Source of the DNA: Azolla caroliniana
Lineage: Eukaryota; Plantae; Polypodiophyta
Assembly (NCBI GenBank): GCA_043228905.1
Contig: JBHGNT010000013.1
Location: 1,860,001-1,924,000, forward strand
DNA: 64,000 nucleotides
Reading direction: 5' to 3'
The notes under the pieces were generated by a model. It was not told the origin of the DNA. It did not search any database and was given only the letters and a program-made list of their open reading frames with translations. Shown here piece by piece: positions 52,901 to 62,045 of the stretch (position 1 is the first letter of the stretch; each line of letters begins with the position of its first letter). The translations under genes were made by a program, and so were the position numbers.

Positions 52901-54290
52901 CGGTGTTGGTCGTTGTCAATCGGTTTACGAAGATGGCTCACTTCACTCCATGCTCCAAAACCATTTCCGGAGAAGGAATGGTGCATCTCCTACTCAACAA
53001 TGTGGTACACTTGCATGGACTCCCCGATAATGTCATCTCGGATCGCGGAACCCAGTTTGTCTCTCACTTCTAGCAATGCCTGCTACAAACTTTAGGCATC
53101 TCTGTCAAGTTGTCCTCCGCTTATCACCCCCAAACTGACGAGCAAACGGAGCGTGTCAACCAAATTCTTGAGCAGTATCTTCGGTGCTCGGTTAGTTACC
53201 AACAAGATGATTGGGTCAACTTACTTTTGCTCGCGGAATTCGCCTACAATAATTCTCTCCATGCATCGACTGGCGTCACTCCCTTCTTTGCCAACTACGG
53301 TTTACATCCTCGCTTCAACATTTCCCTTCCTACCACTTCCGTGAACCCTTCGGCGGAGGATCGCACCCGCATTTTGGAAGAACTACATCATGATTTATCC
53401 TTGGAGCTTAGTCTTGCTAGTGAACGATACAAGAAGCAGGCTGATCGCCATCGATCTTCCACTCCACACTTTGTCGTTGGAGACATGGTCTGGTTGTTAC
53501 GTCGACACATCTCTACTACTCGTCCATGTGCGAAACTTGATTACAAGAAGTTGGGACCATTCCGTATCATCGAGTGCATCAATCCCGTCGCCTTCCGGCT
53601 CGCCCTTCCATCCCACTTCCGGATTCACGAGGTTTTTCATGTCTCCCTCCTCGAACCCCATTATGCTTCACAAACTCCCAGGATGTCAAGCCCCACCACC
53701 ACCACCTGTGCAATTGACGACAGGGGAGGAATACGAGGTCTACCAAATCCTTGACTTGCGTTGGCACCGTCGACACTTGCAATACCTCGTCCTATGGAGG
53801 GGTTACCCCATGTCTGAGGCCACATGGGAACCATCGGCAAATTTACAAAATGCCCCAGAGGTCGTCCAAGATTTTCATCACCGATATCCCCACAAACCAG
53901 CGGCCGATTTGGGAAGGCGGCGTAGGAGGGGGGATAATGTCAAGATTCGAACTCTTGACACGACCATGTTATAATCTAGTATTATGAGTTAACCAAGATA
54001 TCTAGTACTAGTTATGTATGTAATTGGTGCTTATTATTTTGCTAGCATCATGTGCATAGTTGCTCCCTTGTAGTATTTACACTTGGCACATGCATGCATA
54101 CCTACATGCTCTATTGTAGATTCACATGCGTGCAACAAGTATGCATGCCATGTAGTATAAATAGAGGAGTTCACCTTGAAGGAATTCAAGGTGAACAACA
54201 CCAGTTATGGAGTCTTTCCTTTAATACTATCTTCTTTCTTGTCCATTTGGTTATCTTCTTGTTTGTCTCTTGAGCTTATGATCCGTGACA
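49961..54290 (+). mobile_element. Chromovirus family 3, 5'-truncated: gag C-half, near-intact pol with chromodomain, PPT, 3' LTR 53938-54290
   Basis: PVPMEID, CMYCGTSGHVVRHC; 882-aa pol ORF (LLDSG, YLDD, ETDASD, HDDPLAGHFG/CEVC, SDRG); one stop at 53073 and one frameshift near 53690; PPT AGGAGGGGGGATAA; LTR TGTCA...TGACA. Confidence 0.92.
50425..53073 (+). CDS. pol: Gypsy polyprotein PR-RT-RH-INT (continues past a premature stop to ~53940)
   Basis: All domain motifs in Gypsy order in one long ORF. Confidence 0.85.
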   Translation: MQLDISRRPHSLGSIVGPSGNFTLEVWLSCNSSSIRSVALLDSGESSCFIDITFSQAHGVPVVGLSKPILVEAIDGCVLSSGAITQATIPLGLRVGSHQEDLTFYLIASPRHPIVLGLTWLEAHNPIVDWCNRSITFSKPRCLCKSMKVNSVSYPSETVDSELTTPASVQDGFVCGAISNTLHVIPEKYQHFSDVFEKCNADRLPEHRLYDCPIDLQEGACPPFGPLYALSAPELKALRVYLDENLEKGFIQPSKSPAGAPILFVKKKDGSLRLCVDYEGFNKLTVCNRYPLPLIPELLDRLRVARVFSKVDLGGAYNLVRIKPGDEWKTAFRTRYGHFEYKVMPFGLTNAPAVFQHMMNDIFREYLDLFVVIYLDDILIFSPNMEEHTHQVRLVLAKLREHGLYAKGEKCEFDRTSIEFLGYIISPTGITMDMKKVFVIQAWATPRRLKDVQSFLGFANFYRRFIKGFSTLAQPLIALTHKGTPFLWTSEAQNAFDSLKHAFITAPVLLHADPTKPFQVETDASDFAIGAILSQADDNNLKHLVAYNSRKFTASEINYPIYDNELAAIIAAFEEWRPYFVGAQHRVQVVTDHKNLVYFSTTRTLNRRQARWSTFLPDYDFEIVFRPGGQHGKADALSRQADLALCPGDAAYAQQSRRLLKPNQLHLFATCMLQDDSLLQQITDASKTDAFANEIRDSLQNPSKATKRKDLDTFTIQEGFLFRDHLLYVPKGPCRTPVLRECHDDPLAGHFGVAKTLELISRGYWWPQPWKLVKEYIKSCEVCARSKAIHHRPYGLLQPLPCPRRPWASISMDLITDLPLVNSYDSVLVVVNRFTKMAHFTPCSKTISGEGMVHLLLNNVVHLHGLPDNVISDRGTQFVSHF

Positions 54291-55538
54291 CAAACGGTTT
54301 AGCCGTGACTGAGGCATATGTGGGTTCCGGCCGAGAGCGTGGTATTTGTAACTGACGTTCCGAACGTCGTTCTAAAAGGCGGTTGTCGCATCGGACCACT
54401 CGACTGATTGCCTCCGTAAGAGACTTTGGTTCTTCGGGGAAGGTTAAAAGCAAGTCTTTGACATTGTTGCGCAAGCCGTAGCGAAACTGCTCCATGAGGG
54501 CCTAATCATCCCAGGGGATATCTGAGGCGAGTAGACGGAAATCCGCTGCGTAGGCAGAGGCTGGACGATCGCCTTGACGCAATCTTCGGATTTTGTTGAT
54601 CGTCGTCCTGATGTTGTCGGTATCTCCAAAGCAAGCTTTAAACTCACTAATAAAATCCTCAAAGTTATTAAGCAAGGGTGATTGTTTTTCTAGAAGCGGC
54701 GCGAACCATGCCAAGGCTGAGCCGCTAAGTAACATGCCTATTAGGCCGACTCGAGATGCATCAGTGGGGTATCGGGAAAGATGTATCTGGATGACTAAGC
54801 GTACTTGATTAAGGAATCCCCGGAATTGTGATGCGTTCCATCAAATTTCATAGGAAGTCCAATCTTAGGCTCTTTATGAAATCCTTGGGGACTTCGAGTT
54901 GTTGTACCCATAACGCTAACTCCCCATGTTGTTGTTGCGTTTGTTGTTTTTCTAGAGAGATTTGTTGCAGATCCCCTATCAACCGTTGGTTTTCTTGTTC
55001 CAGGGCAACAAACTTTTCTTTTAGACACTATAGTTCAGAGAAAACAGATTGATATTCTTGGGCGCTAACAGTAGCCATAGTATAGAAAAAGGATAGGAGG
55101 AGGAGGGAAAACGACAAGTAGACTTGAGGAAGAAAATTGGTTCAAAATGTCAGGAATAGTACTAAACAGAGAGAGAATTAGTACTAGAGAAGATAAGTAC
55201 TATTGGTACTAAGAGGACGGGATTGCATAAGATTCCTGAGAGAGGAAGAGAGAAGACGAGAGAGAGAGAGAGAGAGAAAGATGATGACAACAGCTAATAT
55301 ATTATGTGAAAGATAAGTACAAAGTGGCTAAGAGGCTTAAGATTGGCGTTGAACCAATTTGGTTCAAAACAAATGAAAGCTTCTAGAATGTTCCAGAGAG
55401 ATCTGGAATATACATCAATTTTCTATGATAAAACATAAATGAAAATAATATCTTTCAAATTATAATTCATAGTCTAATGGTAAGAGCTCGACCCATGTAG
55501 CATAAGGTCATGGGTTCGAGTCTTGCCATATCCTTACA
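54291..55538 (-). mobile_element. Chromovirus family 1 sister copy: 5' LTR 55148-55538, non-tRNA PBS, degenerate gag interrupted by family 3
   Basis: LTR homologous to 24118-24555 but lacking the TATA segment; gag homologous to 21358-22509; abuts the LINE fragment at 55539. Confidence 0.88.
55134..55147 (-). other. Putative self-priming primer-binding site (TTGAACCAATTT)
   Basis: Lies 2 nt inside the 5' LTR end; no TGG; exact 12-nt complement of AAATTGGTTCAA in the same LTR (55349-55360). Confidence 0.75.
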
Positions 55539-56139
55539 CTGCCAAGATGATAATAATTGATTAACAACCCAAGACATTGAACACTTCACTTGCCTTTTGG
55601 AGTTGACTACATTCCACGAATGTGTTTCTACTCTGACTTTGCCAAACTTGATGCCAATTCTCTCAATAAAGAAAATCACCATTTCTATCCATGGTTGTGT
55701 GTTTGCAAACATAGAAATGAGTAATGAAAACCTTCGAGCTACCATATGCTCATATACATTCAATAATACTACTCAACCAAGCCATTTTGGAATACAAATA
55801 TGATCCCATGCCAACCAAGAAATGTCATGTTTCCCTTTTTTCTCCCATAATAATGAACGCATGGATTGCGTAACCTTTTCAACAGCCTTCTTAGATCATG
55901 GCAACAATGGAAGATAATAAGAAACCATGGGTATCATAATGGATTGCACAACTTTAACCCTTATATGTAATGGCCATGACTGAGGTCTCCAATAGATGAA
56001 CTTATTTTCAATCTTCCTCGACACCCAATCAAGTAGTTTAACATGTGAAACTTCTACTCCAATAGGGTAACCCAAGTGTTGAGAAATTTCCCCACGATTA
56101 AGAATCTTTCCTAGTCAACCAAGCTCCAATATATTTTTA
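55539..56139 (-). mobile_element. LINE ORF2 fragment, same family as 33101-33789, inverted
   Basis: NVYEHMVARRFSLL...QPWIEMVIFFIE shared; colinear by eye over ~540 bp. Confidence 0.85.
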
Positions 56140-56145
56140 GCACAA

Positions 56146-56795
56146 TTAGGTCACTGAGGCAAGGTTTTTGCCATGCATGTTCCTCTGCGTGGCCTGTGAT
56201 GCACCTTGTGATTGGTCGGTCTTGTCATGTTGGTTCTCTAGGACGTCTGCGGCTAAGCATCCATTCGTAGTTGTTCATCTATGAGAAGACACAGATCACC
56301 AAGCGTGCCGAAAGTGTTACCAATTAGGAACACGATCTTCAGTCAGTCCTTCAAACTAGACCTTAAGGTGACTGTGTTGCCATGAATGGTACCATCGTAC
56401 CGTAATACGTAATGGGATAACTCTTCGTATCCTAGTAGCGTATAAGAGAGACGGCTACAACCGAACTCCCTAGTTAGCACGCTAGTCACAACACTCGCAC
56501 TCACGCCTACGCTTCTTGCGATTACAGTGATTACAATACGCCACAAAGAATCACAGATACACAGTAGATTAACCATAGCTATGTACAGGATATCAGAGAA
56601 GATAAAACTCTATTAAGATACGCTCTATGCATCAAAATTTACACGCTACCTCTATCAGAGGATTTCTACCCTTGATATACATAGGGTCTTTTAGTCGTTC
56701 TTGCTTCCCGCGTGAACCGTTTACATGCGTTATGTTTTTACTATATTCTATATTTTTGCGCTCCTGCCCGTCGGTTACTATTCTGGCGGACAACA
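56146..56795 (-). mobile_element. Second copy of the Athila/Tat-like LTR (56315-56795) with PBS and short leader
   Basis: Reverse complement of 42935-43570. Confidence 0.88.
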
Positions 56796-56829
56796 CCTGG
56801 CACGCCTGTGCGACAATGCCATGGCATGT

Positions 56830-57446
56830 TGTCGTGAAGATTTTCGTCGATAGTGTGAAACTTGTAAGGAACATACGAAATCGAGTGTGGTTCTTCTCAC
56901 AAAATATAAAACAATAATAGAAAAGATACTATTTTAAATAAGTTTAATATCTTGGTACAAAAAGATGGAGGTCTTGAAGAGCTTCTGAATACACTTTACT
57001 ACGTAGGAAACGAACATCTAAGTGTCAAGTTATGTGGGTATGAAGTTTGCAAAGAAGAAGAGAAAATAATGTGATGTCCCACATAGACAAGACAAATAAG
57101 GATCTCACCATATATAAGGCAGAGCAAAAGCTATTATCTTTGTGTGGAACATAGAAAGGTGAAGTTGTATGGCTTAATGAATGGATGTAGCCAAATGTAT
57201 ATAACTATGCGTTATGGACGAATCCGGCGACGGTGACCGACGACGGTGAGACCGGCATCTAGCATCATCCGGTGATGGCGACCGACGGAGCCAATGAAAC
57301 GACGACCGGACGGAGAAACGCCTTGTTAAAATAAATAAATAAAATTAATAAAAAAATAAACGACAATCGGGGAAGGAGTGCAAGTGAAGACTTGATCCTT
57401 GCACCTCCACATTGAGAGTCTATAGACTTACCACTAGGGTATGACA
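56830..57446 (-). mobile_element. Probable solo LTR related to the adjacent tRNA-Trp Gypsy
   Basis: TGTC...GACA ends; TGTCGTGAAGATT is the near reverse complement of the 57893 LTR end AATCTTCATGACA; no TSD found. Confidence 0.45.
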
Positions 57447-60400
57447 TTTCCTTAGAAATATTTTTCTTATCATTATAGTTTTACATGTAAATTCTCATAT
57501 TAGAGCTTTGATGCATGAGCGCCAAATGGCAAACATGCATCACATGCATTGTATGCATGTCTTGTACCCTTGCATGCATCATATGCATGGCAACATCTAT
57601 AATAGGATGGATGAAAAAGATCAAAGGTATGCTATGTATGATTAAAGAATTTAAGAAGAAGAAAATTCATTCTCCAATTGATGGTGTATCTTGTTTCTTA
57701 AACTTAAAGTCAAGGCTCCAATCTTAAGCTCTCTCAATCTAAAATCAAGTGTTCTATCTTATCTCAATCTCTCTCTCTCAATCTATCTTAAATCCTTTTT
57801 CCGCTAAAGCTAGTGTGTACTTCGAGTCCTTCCGGTCCAAAACCCCAGCGGTTCCACCTCACGATCCGCACGTAGTGATGAATCTTCATGACATAATAAA
57901 GTGGTGAACCCGATGTGAAAGAGGCGGTAGGAAGGATCAAGTCGAGACCAATACTTGGAGATGGCGTCCTCAGGCAATCAAGCAGGAGACTTCGAAAGGA
58001 TGCTGTTGGTCGTCGAACAAATGATGAGATCTTGAGACAACCATGCGAGCGTGGAGAAGACCGTCGACCGTGTCATAGAGCTCGAGGGTCAATTCGACGA
58101 AAGGAACATTATGAAGTTCCTTGATGGATACAAAAGGGAGATGAATCAAAGGGACGTGTCTAAAGCGCGGCAAATCACAAGTTTTAAGAGAGTGGTCGTC
58201 CACAACATCCAAAGGCGCGTCATCAAACTTCAAGAAGGGAAGACAACATGGTCGGAGTTCGAGAAAGCGATATTAGCGGAGTTCGCGACGGAAGATTTGT
58301 CGAGGATGACTCGACATGCCTTGATGAAGTGGATAGAAAAGAAGAATAAGAAGATGAGCGCTTCCAGGGTGTACGACGAATTCGACCAAATGTTTCGTCG
58401 TCTCCCTGCCACAGACCAGGTGCTACTTGAGGAGGAAAAAACTTTGTACTTCCTAAAGGCTGTGGATATAAAGGATAGACGAGAACTGGGTACTCTCCTC
58501 GAAGATGATACCCAAGCAAACGGGCTTGTGGCAAACTGGGTTGCGGTGAAGCGAGCATGCAATAGGCTCGACAAGCGTCGCCAGTGGGTTGATGACACCA
58601 ACTTGGCGGGATCGATTGTCGCAGAGAAAACTAGACAACCGAAAGTAGTTGAGCCGCCCAAACAAAGCAACCTGGAAGAAAAGAAGATTGATGAAAACAT
58701 CATTGAAGAGCTAGCATAGAAGTTCGAGATGGTCACGCTAGCCAACATGAATCATCGGGGCCCCAAAGGAAAAGAACCCTTTAGATGTGTGTGGTGCGAT
58801 AGCATGGACCACATGAGAAGAGATTGCGCGAGCCTTCGAGAGGCGATCTGACAAAATATTGTATACCCTGCGGGTGAATTTCGGAAGAGGAGGAATGACG
58901 AAATCTATGGAAGATGTTGAGGCAACTCATGTGGATGTGATGCACTATACTGCAACAACTGGAATAAGAGTCGGGAAAGACAGAAATGAAGCTGCGAAAG
59001 TGGGAGCAAAGTTTTAGTCTTTCGTTCTCGAGTATGAGAAGATGGGGAAGGTCACATCGAACGAGGTAGAGCTTGCAGACCGAAACGTGCAAAGCATAAC
59101 CGAGTGGTCGGATCCGGTGGATGACAACGCCATACTCGCGGAAGTGATATGCGACAACCACGAGGTGTTCGTCGAAGAAAAGAGAAAAAGAATACAAGAG
59201 CAAGGCCCATCAAAAAGACATGAAACAAGGAACGCGAAAAAGAAAGAAGATGCAGAGACGAATCAACCCTTGCAAATGGAGGACGAAGACACAAGCCGAA
59301 AAGCGGAGTTGAGCAAACAAGTCGAAGAAACGGTTCGGCTCGTGAAGATTGGTATCGAAGACCCCGCTCGAAAGACAAGGACTATGCCTACCTATAAGCT
59401 AAGGTCAGACATAGAGCAGACGACAGACCTGAAGAAGATTCTCGAGGAACGCGTTCTTGATAGCCACATGACTTTGTCCTTGAGGGAATTACTCGGCATT
59501 ACGAAGAAGGAGTTCCACGACACAATCGTGAACCTTGTAAAGAGAAAAAGGCAACAATCAGATGAAGAAGAAGAGAAGCCACTAAAAGCGAAAACAAATG
59601 CCATAACGATGGCAAGAGACGAAGTCAATGAAGAAATGTTGGACAACCACTATACTCGACCTCATTGGGCACGAGCGACAACGGAGACGCCGATGAAGAT
59701 CAGGGAGAAGAAAGAGACTGTGGTAGCCTTGATCGACCACGGCTCGAAGATCAACCTCATCTCAACCAACTTCTACAAAAAAGGGAGATGGCCAATCAAT
59801 ACAAATCACGGATGGAAGATTCGTGCGGCAACAAAGACTACGGAGGACTTGTACGGAGCTTGTCCCAATGTTAAAGTCACGATCGGGGATGTTGAGATGG
59901 ATCAACACTTCTTCGTGCAAGAATCGGCGTCGCATCCTATCATCCTAGGACAACCGTATATCACATCATCTCGGATGGAAACCAAAGTGTTCGACAATGG
60001 TGCGGCATTTGATCGAATAAAGAGTCTTGACAACCAAAGATCTGTTCAATTCCTAACGGGGCGAGCTAATCATGAAAGAAATCGAGATAGTCTCGGAGGC
60101 AAATCCTCGAATTTTTAGAGCGGACTATTGAAGCACGGGGCACAAACAGTCCGAGCAATCACAAGTACCCACAAGAAAGAAGAGCGCATGGATTGCGAGG
60201 AGAAGCAACATTTGTCACACCTAGTGGCACATGTAAACTAGTACTACCCGACAAGAAGGACAAGTGTTGGATACAAGAATTCGAGAAGATGCTGAAAGAA
60301 GAAAACATAATAGAAGAAGAAGAGTTCGTGACTCATCCATCGGCGAAATCGAGGACGTCGTGGACTTGAGCTATCTTCACGACCAACGCGTGATTTTGGT

Positions 60401-61107
60401 TAACTCTGTCAACATGTATGCTATCATCGATGAATACTATCATGGCATCTTGATGGAGGAAGCTGAAGTCAACACAAAATATAAAACGGTGGATAAGAAG
60501 ATCAAGCTAGTCGTGGTTCCGCTACCGGAAGATAGCTGGCAAAAGATGAAGGAAGTCGCTAACGATCCAAGCTTAAGAGATCCAAAGACGATAGTCATAT
60601 CTTCACCGAAGAGACGAAGGGAAAGTTACGAGTTGGAAGGGAGAATTTCCTCCTCCCTGAAGAAGAGCTAATGTTTCGCGACATGCTTGAGAGACATGGG
60701 AAGGCTTTCGCATTTTTTCCACAAGAAATCGGATGTGCTGATCCAAGGACGATAAAGCCAATGGTGATCTTCACGGTGCTGCACATACCTTGGAATTTGA
60801 AACCGATACCGGTTTCGAGATCACACCTACCGAAGTTGATTGAGCTCTTGAAGGAGAAGGTGAATATGGGAAGTCTGGAACCGTCGAATGCTCCTTACTC
60901 TAATAGGTGGTTCACGGTGCCAAACAAGAATGGATCATTGCGATTCATCCAAGATCTTCAACCCATCAACAAGGTGACAATTTGGAATGCTGGAACCGGT
61001 CCAAGCATGGACGAATTTGCCGAAGCATTTGCGGGGCGGTCCATCTACTCCATTGGCGATCTCTACTCTGGATACAGCCAATTCCAATTGGCGATCGATA
61101 GTCGTGA

Positions 61108-62045
61108 CCATAGATTGAGCCATGCGTGATATTCTTGAGATTCGACATCCGTAATATTCGTGGTATTCGAGAATAGAAAATGGCCCTAAGAATATTATAA
61201 AACCATTCGTTTACATATACATATACACACATACATACATACACATACATATATACACATACACAAACATATATATACATATACACACACATACATAGAT
61301 ACATATATACACATACATAGATACATATACACACATACATAGATACATATACACACACATACATAGATACATATATACACATACATAGATACATATACAC
61401 ACACATACATATATGTGTACACAGACATACATCAATAATTAATTAACTCATTAATATAATGATTAATTTACTATTAACTAATTAATTCACTTAAACATTA
61501 ATTGATTCACTAATACATTAATTAATTTACAAATACATATCTTAATTCATTAACACATTAATTAATTCATTGGAAAATATTAGTTAATTAATTAATAATC
61601 AATTAATGCATTAATAATTAATTAATTAGGGCTTTGGCAAAACTTAGGGTTTCAGTGAAACTCTAAATTTGTAGCGGACAACAGGATGTAGGATTAGGTA
61701 GAGCATGAGAGGGAGTCGATGACGCAGGCCGAAAAGAAGAAATTTTGTCGAAATTAGGATTATGACAGAAATTAGGGTTTTCTGTCGAAACCCTAATTTC
61801 TGGCCGAGAACAGGATATAGAGGGAAGCGAGGGTGTAAGTAGCACGCAGAGGGAGTAGGGTGAGGCGTCTTTGCTTCCTGTTGGCCACTGTTCACTTGCT
61901 CGTAAATAAAACACAATTTTTTTTATTTTTTTATTTTTTTATTTTCAAAAAAAAGAAGAAAACGAATATATTTACGTGTATTCGTATTCCTATTCGTATG
62001 GATTCGTGGGGCAGGCCCCACGAATGCGAATATTTCAATCTATGG
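61108..62045. mobile_element. Non-autonomous TIR element (hAT-like MITE, ~938 bp) inserted in the RT
   Basis: 11-bp TIR CCATAGATTGA/TCAATCTATGG; TCGTGA duplicated on both sides; the RT motif DSRD|ITTM is split; subterminal ATTCG repeats. Confidence 0.8.
61213..61432. repeat. (TATACA/CATA)n microsatellite inside the MITE
   Basis: Directly visible. Confidence 0.9.

Noticed and set aside
42935-56795. One large element with inverted LTRs (DIRS-like)
   Set aside because: Both LTR copies are followed by their own PBS and leader, the integrase is DDE type and no tyrosine recombinase is seen; these are two Gypsy 5' ends.
61620-61800. Interstitial telomere
   Set aside because: Only isolated TTAGGG/AAACCCTAA motifs, not a tandem TTTAGGG array.
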